In this document: positions 19,069 to 28,351 of the stretch, piece by piece
Layout: each line of letters begins with the position of its first letter
Position numbering within the stretch: the stretch's first letter is position 1
Virus record (IMG/VR): IMGVR_UViG_3300010370_000162
Coordinates: 1-29,964 of that record
DNA: 29,964 nt
Direction: 5' to 3' (one strand)
Source: a virus
Lineage: Duplodnaviria; Caudoviricetes
Position numbers and translations under genes: made by a program
The notes under the pieces: generated by a model
What the model saw: the letters and a program-made list of their open reading frames with translations, nothing else
What the model was told of the DNA's origin: nothing
The model's database searches: none

Positions 19069-22000
19069 TCAGTACTTCTTCAACTTTCCGACAATTTGCT
19101 GAACAAGCAAGCTGTCTTCTATAGTCTGCCTTTGTCCGAGGTAGTTGTCACTGTGTCTATAGATGTTCTTGTGTCTTTCAAGCATGTGAGACTCAACAAC
19201 GTAGTTCGTACCCTTATAGAGAGTTTTGCTCGGAATCAACTGCTCAATGAAAGAAGAGATTGACACATCAAACCACCTGTAGAACTCAAGAAACTTTCTA
19301 AAGTCGGGCTTTCCTGAGAGTCTATTGAAGTAGACATCTCTGAGGCGCTCTAGATCTGGGTAGTCAGGAGAGAACATTAGTTCAGGTGATCCAAGAGCGT
19401 CGTTCAATACGTCGAACGACGAGAACATCGAAATTATGTCTTTGTCGAGGGAGTCAACCATCGAAAACTCAATTGATAGTCTTAGATCGTCTTGCGGTTC
19501 TTCTTGCAAGAACCTCTCAGCACTGAGATAGGTAGGTGCAGGCAAAGCCCAAGGATTTTCTTCTAGAAGACTGCTGTCTTCGAAGCTTCTTATTCTTATC
19601 TTGTCTTCTGTGGCAGCCTCATCAAAGAAGGGAGAGAGATAAGAGTAGTTGAATATCTCACCAACGAGAGCTCTCTCACCAGGCTCGTAGCCTGTACCAG
19701 AAGCTGTTAGATTATTTTTACTAAAGTCCAGGAACTGTATGTTTCCAAGACTATCTGTATTTTTCTCAGGTTGCTTCTGTAGCGTGTCCATTCTAAGCTT
19801 CTGGAATGAGCCTGACAGACGCGACGTGAAGTTGTAGTTTATGAAGGGATCTTCGACACCCACAGACTTGGGATTTCTTACGTGCTCCTTCCACTCTTCT
19901 GTTGTCATAGATTTCGACCAGAATCTAAGATTTGCAGCTCTTCCCAAGAACTGTGTTGTCCTCGCTATGTCATCAACTTCTAGCGTGTTATTTAAGAATA
20001 AGTAACTAATTCCGCTTGGTATGTTTTGATTTGTACCTATCGACACCATAGCGCCTCGGGAATTGTAACTAAGAGATCCCGATCTAAATGCATTTCCTTC
20101 ACCAGAATTCTGCTCGTAAAAGTAGGATGATGCAACATATGTTTCGGAGAGATCTCCGGATTCACATTTTCCTACTCTCAAGTAGTATGAAGAAGAAACA
20201 TTAGATGATATTTCATCGTTTCTAGTGCATCCAAGAGAAACATTCCATATGTCTCCATCGAACAAACCTTTTCCTTTCATGTCGACACTTAATGTCAAGA
20301 GAGGTGACCCTGAAGACATTCCAGGTCTGATATATGCATTTACTCTAGCGGGTTGATGTGGATATTCAGAGTGTTGTGTAGCAACTACGTTTGCTATGAG
20401 ACCAACTTGCGAAGCAGGATTGCTACCTGTCACAATCATTCTAAAGAGAGATTGTCCTTCTACATTAGCAGCATTTGTTAGATTTTGAGGTGGCACTTTA
20501 AACACACCTTCAAGGTTCCAAGAACCAGATGTTAACAATCCATCCCACCCGTAGTTAGTACCTGCGTTTTTTCCATCACTTCCCAGATAAAAACTTCCAA
20601 CAGGAGATGGGAATCCTGGTTCGATTCTTGAGGCGGACAATGGCGCTGTCGTGACAAGAGAAGACGTCAGAAATTCTACCATTGCAGACGACTCTATCCT
20701 CTTCTCTCTGGCAGAGGATATCTGCTTTATTGATGGCCCACCATATTCTCTTATTCTCAAGCTATTGTCAGGATCTATTCCGACAGATCTCAGGAAAGAC
20801 TTAATACTGTGCTGAGTGCCCTTAGACTTAATGATGTCAGGCATGTTTATTAGCACTCTTCTCAGAAGTATTGATTGTATCTTCTTGAGGGGCGTCTCAA
20901 AATTTGTCAGTCCTTCAATCGATTGTCCTTCCGCAAATTGTTCTACTGTGGCGTTATTGAAAAATTTGGGGAGATAGAAGCCATAGTGTCTGACCATGTC
21001 CTCCAAGAAGTTGTCAGGAATGCTTGCTTCGTCGTCATAACTAACAGTCTTTAACGTCACAAATGCATCGATGTAAGTCTTTATTTCATCAAAAAACTTG
21101 GCCCAAATATAGAGAAACGACAGAATTATCTGTACAGAGCCTCGCTTGCCTTGGCCAGGTATTCCTTCTCCCCCATAAGGATTTCCACCATTTCCTTCTA
21201 CGTTTTCAAATCCGTCTTGGGAGGCGCCCTCTAAGAGGTAATGTTGCGGTATTAATTTGATGATGTTGTTTGGATTATTTCTATCAAAGTTGCTTGCTGA
21301 GACTAGCAGCTGTGAGTTGAAAGAAAGTATTTCTGAATAGGCAGGGAATAGAATTTTTTGAAAATCTTTTCTCTCGTTGACTAAAAGGTTATTTTCATCT
21401 TCCGCTGCGTTTATTCTCAGCGCTGGATTGAAATTATTTATGTTTGAATGCAAAGAATTGCCGGAGCTGTCTAGTACTATTGAGTCTATTGATGAGTTAC
21501 CATTTAGAGAAAGCGACCCTCCCGGCTCGTTAAATCTATAGTAAAGCTTTAGATCAGGTGTAGAGTACAGTCCCATTGAAGAAAACATCATTTGGGTCTT
21601 TTCATCTCTAACGGAATGAAACAGTCTTAACTCGTCTAGAGTTCCGCTTAATGTTTGCGTTGGCGTAACGAGAGACGATCCTGAATAAAAAGAGCTACCA
21701 GAACCAATCAAGAAATAAGCGTCGTCGATGTTCATCTTTTGAATTTTCAAAAGATTTTCACTTTGTGACTCAAGCTTCTCATTTACGAAAAACTGAAGTC
21801 TGTGATCTCTTGCGTCTTGCTTGTTTAGGACTAGACACAAGTGATTGTATCTTCCTTTCACGAGTGAGGTAGAAACACTGTTTCTTACGGATCCGGAGGA
21901 CACACAAAAGACAGCTTTTGTCGAATCAGTTGACGTAGAAGGCTCAAGGTAAAAAGTAAAACCATCAACTGCAGAAGAAGACTTTTGAAAGACAACCTGC

Positions 22001-22566
22001 GTATCGTTCGTAATTGTGGGTAAAAATAGAAGAACTTCTATTGACAAAGAATCTTCATCCCCCGGATTCAACACGGGATCTCCCTTTTTATTTTTCGCAA
22101 GGTCTGGGTAAAGGGTACCAGACTTATCTTTTACAGATATCCAGTTTCCGCTTGTTTCTGATGGTACTTCTCCGACCTGTGTACCGGAAAAATGAAGAGC
22201 TCCTGACCAGCTTGGAAAAGAATCGAAAACCCACTTCTCGTATCCCGTCAGAGAATCAAGAAATTCTTCTACTTCCTTTTTGGTTCCGTCAAACGGATAG
22301 CCGTTAATTATTTTGTTGAAAGCTTCGTTGACTTTAACTTCTGCAGATGAGAAAAAAGTATGATTTTCGAATTTAGACCAGTCAAGATTTAATTGCTGCG
22401 TACTTTTTAGTGGGTAGTCTAATGGATCGTATTTAAAAGAGTCTTGACTTTCACTGTTAGAGTCCGAGAGATTAAAATCAGAATACGTCAGCTGTATTGG
22501 CTTAGATTCTTTTATTGAATTTCTTATAAAAGACGGAACAAAAGGAGAGTTAGAGCGTGTGGTCAT
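19069..22566 (-). CDS. Baseplate wedge protein (T4 gp7 / P2 gpI-like) with LamG/concanavalin A-like domain(s) (1165 aa)
   Basis: The MPDIIKSKGTQHSIKSFLRSVG motif and C-terminal IEQLIPSKT resemble gp7/gpI cores. LamG signature: YNHLCLV...LQFFVN...IGSG...GTLDELRLF...LKLYYRFNE; a second, degenerate copy has WNVSLG...NLRFWSK. GAGGAG lies upstream. Confidence 0.72.
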   Translation of the reverse strand: MTTRSNSPFVPSFIRNSIKESKPIQLTYSDFNLSDSNSESQDSFKYDPLDYPLKSTQQLNLDWSKFENHTFFSSAEVKVNEAFNKIINGYPFDGTKKEVEEFLDSLTGYEKWVFDSFPSWSGALHFSGTQVGEVPSETSGNWISVKDKSGTLYPDLAKNKKGDPVLNPGDEDSLSIEVLLFLPTITNDTQVVFQKSSSAVDGFTFYLEPSTSTDSTKAVFCVSSGSVRNSVSTSLVKGRYNHLCLVLNKQDARDHRLQFFVNEKLESQSENLLKIQKMNIDDAYFLIGSGSSFYSGSSLVTPTQTLSGTLDELRLFHSVRDEKTQMMFSSMGLYSTPDLKLYYRFNEPGGSLSLNGNSSIDSIVLDSSGNSLHSNINNFNPALRINAAEDENNLLVNERKDFQKILFPAYSEILSFNSQLLVSASNFDRNNPNNIIKLIPQHYLLEGASQDGFENVEGNGGNPYGGEGIPGQGKRGSVQIILSFLYIWAKFFDEIKTYIDAFVTLKTVSYDDEASIPDNFLEDMVRHYGFYLPKFFNNATVEQFAEGQSIEGLTNFETPLKKIQSILLRRVLINMPDIIKSKGTQHSIKSFLRSVGIDPDNSLRIREYGGPSIKQISSAREKRIESSAMVEFLTSSLVTTAPLSASRIEPGFPSPVGSFYLGSDGKNAGTNYGWDGLLTSGSWNLEGVFKVPPQNLTNAANVEGQSLFRMIVTGSNPASQVGLIANVVATQHSEYPHQPARVNAYIRPGMSSGSPLLTLSVDMKGKGLFDGDIWNVSLGCTRNDEISSNVSSSYYLRVGKCESGDLSETYVASSYFYEQNSGEGNAFRSGSLSYNSRGAMVSIGTNQNIPSGISYLFLNNTLEVDDIARTTQFLGRAANLRFWSKSMTTEEWKEHVRNPKSVGVEDPFINYNFTSRLSGSFQKLRMDTLQKQPEKNTDSLGNIQFLDFSKNNLTASGTGYEPGERALVGEIFNYSYLSPFFDEAATEDKIRIRSFEDSSLLEENPWALPAPTYLSAERFLQEEPQDDLRLSIEFSMVDSLDKDIISMFSSFDVLNDALGSPELMFSPDYPDLERLRDVYFNRLSGKPDFRKFLEFYRWFDVSISSFIEQLIPSKTLYKGTNYVVESHMLERHKNIYRHSDNYLGQRQTIEDSLLVQQIVGKLKKY

Positions 22567-22572
22567 TTTTGT

Positions 22573-22578
22573 CTCCTC
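22573..22578 (-). promoter_or_regulatory. Shine-Dalgarno site GAGGAG
   Basis: Lies 6 nt before the ATG at 22566 and overlaps the upstream TGA. Confidence 0.7.
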
Positions 22579-24088
22579 ATGTGTTTAGTCTTTTTTCTAT
22601 TCTGAAGACTCCTGATACGTCTTTAAACACGCTCTTCGCTCCATTGTGTGATATCATTATATCAATCTTGTAGGTTCTGCCTTGAGAAAGGTTCGACATG
22701 TCAAGTTTGAAAAACATTCCTGAGGAATCACTTGATACTTTAGTTGAATTTTTTGTTTCGTCAAATGGTATCACTACTTCATCAGAAACTGCATCACGTA
22801 TCTGGTAAAAAGTGTCCCTGATCACAGACCGCGGTGACTCCACGGGAAGTCTTGAAAGCTTTATCTTTGGGTTTGATTCGTCAAAAATGTTAACCCTAAC
22901 GTCCGCTTCTTCATCCAAAAAATAAGAATCTTTTAGATCTGTAATTGTCACAACAAACTTTTTTATATCTCTAGAAGATCCCCTTGCAGGCATTTCGAAA
23001 TAGATCTTGCTGCCAGTGAGATATCCCACAGATCCATCAATAGAAGACCATATAGGAGTAAATTCTATTGAGCTGGAGTTTGCTATCTTTAGCTTTAGTG
23101 ATGGGTCTGACGAGGCTAAGTTAACTGTCGCTGTGTAAGTTCCTGTTACAGGATTTGATCCGAGAGATAATTGAGAACCGTTAAATTGGGTCTCGTAAAC
23201 ACCACCAGAAATTTCAGTCAATAACCTTAATATCAAACAGTTGCTACCTGTTATCTGTGCTAAGGAGCTTCCCGAAAGTATGTTTGACAGATCACTACCA
23301 GCGTAGCTGTAAAGATTTATTCTGCAGTCTGTATCGAAAGTTAAGTTCTGTGTGTCATCTGAGACAGAATCGTCGAATCCAAAAACAAGTTTTGGTCTTT
23401 TTAGCTCACTATAAGCACTCCTAGATGCAAATCTTTTTACGAAATAAGTCTGTCCATTGTCTTCAAGAGAATTTTTAAAACTTATTCTAAGACCGCTGTC
23501 GGGTAACTCTCCTGATAACGTTGCTGACACGATAGACGTGACATCTACTACAAGATCTTCTGATCCGTCTACAAATCTTTGAACAACTTCTGTAGATGCA
23601 AGACTCAAAGAGCTTGTTATGTAATCACCTTGATCTGACGAATCTACGCCAAGTCCGCATCCGGGAGACAACCAGACAGTGTCTGAAGATGCAGACAACC
23701 AGTTGCATACATCGTAGTCAGAAAAGTATGTAATGTCTTTACCGACGCCTTCTGAAAAAGAAGCCGAAAGCGGAAATACGCTCACATCAAAGTTGACAGG
23801 AGTTGTTTGTCCACCGTATACATCTTTTAGGTGCAATTTGCACCAAAAACTGTCGTCTCCGAAATCTACTTTTCCTTGACCAACAAGCTTCTTAATTTCT
23901 GATAGGTCGAAATGTATCAGAATCCTTGACAGCTCTGTGTTGGGTGACGAACCAGAAAAAGATGCTCCGTAAATCTTGAATAGATCGAGCGTACCAGAAC
24001 CGCCTGTATTCGAGTTATTCTTTCTTTCACCGCGAATTACCTTGTTGGTAATGTAGGCGTCTTTGTCTGCTTTGACTATTTTAATCAT
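22577..24088 (-). CDS. DNRLRE-like (CBM96-like) beta-sandwich virion protein (503 aa)
   Basis: The pattern ADKDAYI...SRILIHFDLS...LHL...PLS.SF.EG...W...VDVTSIV...GLRI...FASRS...PKLV matches that domain family by eye. A beta-rich C-terminal part follows. Confidence 0.6.
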   Translation of the reverse strand: MIKIVKADKDAYITNKVIRGERKNNSNTGGSGTLDLFKIYGASFSGSSPNTELSRILIHFDLSEIKKLVGQGKVDFGDDSFWCKLHLKDVYGGQTTPVNFDVSVFPLSASFSEGVGKDITYFSDYDVCNWLSASSDTVWLSPGCGLGVDSSDQGDYITSSLSLASTEVVQRFVDGSEDLVVDVTSIVSATLSGELPDSGLRISFKNSLEDNGQTYFVKRFASRSAYSELKRPKLVFGFDDSVSDDTQNLTFDTDCRINLYSYAGSDLSNILSGSSLAQITGSNCLILRLLTEISGGVYETQFNGSQLSLGSNPVTGTYTATVNLASSDPSLKLKIANSSSIEFTPIWSSIDGSVGYLTGSKIYFEMPARGSSRDIKKFVVTITDLKDSYFLDEEADVRVNIFDESNPKIKLSRLPVESPRSVIRDTFYQIRDAVSDEVVIPFDETKNSTKVSSDSSGMFFKLDMSNLSQGRTYKIDIMISHNGAKSVFKDVSGVFRIEKRLNT

Positions 24089-24100
24089 TATTTCTTCCTA

Positions 24101-25972
24101 TCAAAGGTTGGTGACGCATTTGCCGATGATGTTAACGTCTGGGTACTTTATCTCGAATATGGTTCCCTCAGGCGGGTAAATTATTTGATTCTTTGTGTTG
24201 AGTTGAACGTCAAATGCTACAGGTGAGTACTGCCTGTTCTTGACTGAACCATATAGGTTATTGATCTTAATTGAGTCTACAGAGATAACACCACTCTTTG
24301 AAAAAATTGTTGATATTATGTCTGATATGACTATGGGTTGCCCTATGTGAAAATTCGTTATGGAGAACTGTGACTTCAAGTCAGATATTATGCTTTGCAA
24401 TACAAGTTGCTTGTTGAGTGAAGGATCTACGACTATCTGGAAGAATATTTCGAGGTTTATTATTCCTGCGTCCATTACGTCGATTGCGTCTGATATCATT
24501 CTGTAAGAACTTAAGTACCTCTTTAGATTTATCTTCAGATCGTCCGGAGATGTTATCAGTTGATTCTCTGTGTTTCTTGATATTATAAAGAGCCTCGAGG
24601 CCATGGGGTTGTTGGGATTTTTTACTATTGATGCCCTGAAGACTCTGCCAAAATTGCTTGGCATTGTATAGACTCTTGAAATCAGATCTTCTTTTGTAAC
24701 AATTCTTTCTTGTGAATTCCTGATCGTAGGAACGAGAGCAAGCAATTCTTCTGCTGTAGGAGCATCTTCGCCTCCAGAAGCTGGGCTTGGATTTGAAGCC
24801 TCTATAGAGCCTCTAATTTGTGCTTGCTGACCAGGCGTAGGATTGTTAGGAAACGAAATTGATATGTTCGTAATGTTTCTTATTGTGTTTGCAGGAACAT
24901 TGTGAGAAAGACCACCACCATAACGATACGTAACAGTCAAGGTCGTGTTTGCTGCAGCTACTCCAAGCGTTGAAGTCTGTAGTAATTTTTGTGGATTTAC
25001 TGGTACTCTAGAGAACATTTGAGAATACGGCAGCGGGATTGAAAATTCAGACGGATCAGGAATTACGTCGTCTTCAAGATTATCAGCAGTTCCTCCTCCG
25101 AAAATAAGAGTTGTTCTTCTGTCCCTTAAAGTAACTTCTTTAGCAAACCTATATGGTGCAGGAATTGCCTTTAGATTGTCTTTTACTAGAGACAGAGTGT
25201 TTGAATTTGTCGTATTGTTCAGGACGTTTTTGTAGACGACGTCGTGAGTTAAATTTCCTACTTCGTAATAAGTGTTTCCAAGAGCATCTACGACTGACAT
25301 TATTTGAGTTACGTTCGTGTTATTCAGAGACAATTTTCTAAATTGCACGAAGTCTCCAATGGAGAATGTATCAGTTGCTTGAGCTCCTGAAGTGCAGACT
25401 CCTGATTTCTTCAGTATTTTCGATACAACTTCACCGTTTATTCTTCTGCCATTTACTACTTCAACAGAAGAATTTACGGAGATTTCACTTGATACTGGGT
25501 CCACGTACCAAAATTGTACGTCTTCAAGGAGCGTGAATTCTACACCGTTGTCTGATCCGATAATGGCTCCAGCTGTAATGGTTGGTAAAAGATTCGGGTC
25601 TGGTCTTAGGGAGCCATCGTTTAAGACGGGTACTTCTATGTAGAAATCTACCGTTGCAATTGCGGAAGATGCACCTACAATTGGCACGCCTGCGTTTCTC
25701 AGTGCACGCTCGATGTTAACGGTTTCAACGACTGTGTCGTTGTGTAACTCTCCGTAAAGATGATCGAGATAGAAAGACATGTTGTCTCCAACATAAGCAG
25801 CCATGTCTAGCAAGAGACCACCTAGCGAAGATTCAGAAAAGTCTTGAATTCTATCTGGATAGTATTGCTTTGCATAATCCAACAAGACAGTCCTAAATCC
25901 GTCAAAGTCTCTTGCCAGATAATTTCTTTGTCTTACAGACTTAAGTGCAGTTTTGTTGTCGTTGATTGCCAT
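24101..25972 (-). CDS. Baseplate wedge subunit, T4 gp6 / baseplate J-like (623 aa)
   Basis: NYLARDFDGFR..L..Y....Y.D...DFSESSLGGLLLDMAAYVGD..SFY, VTYRYGGG, PASGGED and QERIVTKED are typical gp6/J motifs. It follows gp25. Confidence 0.92.
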   Translation of the reverse strand: MAINDNKTALKSVRQRNYLARDFDGFRTVLLDYAKQYYPDRIQDFSESSLGGLLLDMAAYVGDNMSFYLDHLYGELHNDTVVETVNIERALRNAGVPIVGASSAIATVDFYIEVPVLNDGSLRPDPNLLPTITAGAIIGSDNGVEFTLLEDVQFWYVDPVSSEISVNSSVEVVNGRRINGEVVSKILKKSGVCTSGAQATDTFSIGDFVQFRKLSLNNTNVTQIMSVVDALGNTYYEVGNLTHDVVYKNVLNNTTNSNTLSLVKDNLKAIPAPYRFAKEVTLRDRRTTLIFGGGTADNLEDDVIPDPSEFSIPLPYSQMFSRVPVNPQKLLQTSTLGVAAANTTLTVTYRYGGGLSHNVPANTIRNITNISISFPNNPTPGQQAQIRGSIEASNPSPASGGEDAPTAEELLALVPTIRNSQERIVTKEDLISRVYTMPSNFGRVFRASIVKNPNNPMASRLFIISRNTENQLITSPDDLKINLKRYLSSYRMISDAIDVMDAGIINLEIFFQIVVDPSLNKQLVLQSIISDLKSQFSITNFHIGQPIVISDIISTIFSKSGVISVDSIKINNLYGSVKNRQYSPVAFDVQLNTKNQIIYPPEGTIFEIKYPDVNIIGKCVTNL

Positions 25973-25987
25973 TTTATTGTCCGATAA

Positions 25988-25993
25988 TAAATA
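25988..25993 (-). promoter_or_regulatory. Weaker candidate late promoter element TATTTA
   Basis: Lies in a 30-nt AT-rich gap, 15 nt before the gp6-like ATG. It fits TANTTA but could be chance. Confidence 0.3.
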
Positions 25994-26002
25994 AACAAAA
26001 CA

Positions 26003-26470
26003 TCACATAACATATAGCACAATTTGAAGTGACTTTTTTGTCACCTCTAGCGCAGGAATGTTATACGTGATTGTAATCTTTATAATTGCTGTATTTTTAT
26101 TTTCGTTCCTGTCCACGACTGAAGAAAAATCTTCAAGATCTATGAAGGGCATCCATTTCTGTACAGCACTTCTAATTTTCTCTATAGCCTCATTGTCAAA
26201 CGAGTCTTGAGAGACAAATTCTGACGTCAAGGGCTTTAAGTTAGCTCCAAAATCATAAAGACCGAGTCGCTCTCCCCAATTTGTCAGCAGCAAATTTCGC
26301 AAGTTATCTGCAAATTGATCTGAAAGGCTATAGTTCATGGAGAGGATTCCCTCCCCTGTACCAAGAGATAGCGGTGTCTTAATTCCAAAAGGTACTCGAG
26401 AGACCGCAGGGGTCTCTTCTGTAATCTGTTCTTTTGTTTTTCCTGCGCTTTTAAAGCTATACGACGCCAT
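26003..26470 (-). CDS. Baseplate wedge / sheath initiator, gp25 (GPW_gp25 family) (155 aa)
   Basis: GIKTPL...NLRNLLLTNWGERLG..DFGANL...IRSAVQKWMPFI...ITITYNI; located between the spike and gp6/J genes. Confidence 0.92.
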   Translation of the reverse strand: MASYSFKSAGKTKEQITEETPAVSRVPFGIKTPLSLGTGEGILSMNYSLSDQFADNLRNLLLTNWGERLGLYDFGANLKPLTSEFVSQDSFDNEAIEKIRSAVQKWMPFIDLEDFSSVVDRNENKNTAIIKITITYNIPALEVTKKSLQIVLYVM

Positions 26471-26476
26471 AGGACT

Positions 26477-26485
26477 TAACTATCA
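26477..26485 (-). promoter_or_regulatory. Candidate late promoter element TGATAGTTA
   Basis: Lies in a 55-nt intergenic gap, 6 nt before the gp25 ATG, and is near-identical to 5709-5717. Confidence 0.5.
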
Positions 26486-26525
26486 ATCAGATCTCCTTGA
26501 CGTATGAAGTTTTTATGAGACAAGA

Positions 26526-27992
26526 CTACTTCATAAGAACTTTTTTTGCAAAAGTTCCCAGACCTGTTCCACCCTTAAGAAGTCCGCTGGGGGAAGTACC
26601 TTGAATCCCTCCCATCGTGTCGATTATGGGAGTGCCTTTTACTTCTCCTGTTATTTCATATCCAGGATTCGCTGATTCGCACAATACAGCTAAATCTGCA
26701 TCGTCTCCGCCAAGCTTGATAACACCCTTTTCAGACGGAGTAAAGACAATGTCTCCATTTGACTTAATGACAATAGAAGACCACTTCTTTAAGTCCTTGC
26801 TTTCATCTTTTCTTTCATTTTTGTCAGGAGCAGTACCGCTCTCAAATCCAGTTACAAGAATCTCTACGTCAGATCTTGCTATCATTCTAATCTTGTCAGA
26901 CTTGATGACAATCGCAGCGTCTCCTGTCGAAGAGTCTTTAACTTCAGGCTTCTTAAATTGATCGTTGTAATTTTTTACTTGAAAATTTTGATCAACAGAA
27001 GTTCTCTGTGAGACTAAGATTCTGCTTCTGTCATTCGTTAAGTCAGGATCACCTTCGTTGGGCTGTAGACTCTCAAACGACTTATCAAGCTCTTTCTTTA
27101 TTTCTTTCCGTTCTTTATCAATTATGCTTGTAGTTGAAGTTACCTTACCTGAAGTCTCGGGAGTTTGTCCTCTTCCTGCTACTATGTCTATGGAACCATT
27201 GTCAAATTTTGTTTTTTCAATCGGTCCCAGTCTGTCTGTTCCAAGAACGACAAGCGTGTTATTTGTACCTTCTAAAACTACATCACCAGGTCTTTTCCTG
27301 AAGCGAGGCACAGCGCTATAAGACATCAATTTCGATGCATTTGATTCCGTTATTATCTTTTCAAAGACGTCTTCTTTTTCTCCTCTGAGAAAAATGTTAC
27401 TAGTTGCTGTTCTTCTTTCACCCTCTACACTTATCACTGGACCATTTCTTAATTCACTCCACGTGGAAGGAAATGACTCTCCCTTCTTTTCTTTTTCTAC
27501 CCTCTCTACCTTAGTAAGAGAATTTGATATCTCAAAAGAATTGCCAATGTGAGTGTGATTAATGTCATCAGTAAAGTGAGGCTCTACTATCCTGCAAAAC
27601 CAAAATGCCATGTCTGCTTCTGACGCATTTGGGTTTTCAAACATGACCCACATGCATTCTCCTGGTTTGCAAGGCATTGATAGATGCGATGGAAAAAACG
27701 GGAAGACAAACATGGGGTCGACATCTTCTCCAACCCTCTTTGCTATTATTGTATTTCTTGGAAGTGAATCTGCGTATCTCATATTTGAGATGCCCATTGA
27801 CTGCCAAGAAACCTTTTTGTCTTCGCTCTTTAGATCTGTGTTGGGATCAGAGATTACATCTAGGACAATCATTCTAACAAAAGTCGAAGATTGATGCGTA
27901 GGGGGTACGTAATTCTCTGTGTCAAACCTTCCCTCGGCTATCTCCCTAAGATTGTCAGAAAATTTAGTTTTTGTCGAAGACTTAAGCGTCAT
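26526..27992 (-). CDS. Baseplate central spike-like protein (gp5/gpV-like) (488 aa)
   Basis: OB-fold-like PFFP...MPCKPGECMWV, then PGDVVLEGTNNTLVVLG and short beta-repeats (IVIKSDKIRMIAR, IVIKSNGDIVF, VIKLGG). Canonical position upstream of gp25. Confidence 0.62.
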   Translation of the reverse strand: MTLKSSTKTKFSDNLREIAEGRFDTENYVPPTHQSSTFVRMIVLDVISDPNTDLKSEDKKVSWQSMGISNMRYADSLPRNTIIAKRVGEDVDPMFVFPFFPSHLSMPCKPGECMWVMFENPNASEADMAFWFCRIVEPHFTDDINHTHIGNSFEISNSLTKVERVEKEKKGESFPSTWSELRNGPVISVEGERRTATSNIFLRGEKEDVFEKIITESNASKLMSYSAVPRFRKRPGDVVLEGTNNTLVVLGTDRLGPIEKTKFDNGSIDIVAGRGQTPETSGKVTSTTSIIDKERKEIKKELDKSFESLQPNEGDPDLTNDRSRILVSQRTSVDQNFQVKNYNDQFKKPEVKDSSTGDAAIVIKSDKIRMIARSDVEILVTGFESGTAPDKNERKDESKDLKKWSSIVIKSNGDIVFTPSEKGVIKLGGDDADLAVLCESANPGYEITGEVKGTPIIDTMGGIQGTSPSGLLKGGTGLGTFAKKVLMK

Positions 27993-27994
27993 TA

Positions 27995-28336
27995 CTAAGA
28001 ACCTATCTTTTTAAACATTTCTTCTGGGTCTATGTCTTCTTCTTGCTTTTGCTCCGACTTAGATACCAATTCCGCAAGCTTTATTATTTGATCGTTTGCT
28101 CTGCTCATTCTTTCGATATAAGTCGCCATTGTCTTTCCGTGTATGGCATGCTCTGTACTCTTGTCTTGTACCATCTCGACCAGAGTAGTGAACAAAACAT
28201 ATGCATTTTGACGATCAGTTACAGCGTTCTCATAAATCTCTTTCCAGAGTCGCTTTTTCTTATCTGTGACGCCATCTATCTGTTGCAATAGGTCTGAAAA
28301 ATCTTTAATTTTCTCTTCCAGGGTCATTTTCTTCAT
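27995..28336 (-). CDS. Small helical hypothetical protein (113 aa)
   Basis: Strong SD upstream and coiled-coil-like character. The TAG-TAA stop pair overlaps the next ATG (TAGTAATG). Confidence 0.8.
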   Translation of the reverse strand: MKKMTLEEKIKDFSDLLQQIDGVTDKKKRLWKEIYENAVTDRQNAYVLFTTLVEMVQDKSTEHAIHGKTMATYIERMSRANDQIIKLAELVSKSEQKQEEDIDPEEMFKKIGS

Positions 28337-28338
28337 AG

Positions 28339-28345
28339 CTCCTCC
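28339..28345 (-). promoter_or_regulatory. Shine-Dalgarno site GGAGGAG
   Basis: Immediately upstream of the ATG at 28336; an alternative in-frame ATG lies 9 nt downstream. Confidence 0.75.
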
Positions 28346-28351
28346 GTAGAC

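Noticed and set aside
19069-27992. Bacterial eCIS, tailocin or T6SS locus instead of a phage
   Set aside because: The gp55-like sigma, T4-type gp6, several very long fibres and lack of host genes fit a large phage better, although no capsid or large terminase gene is visible here to prove it.
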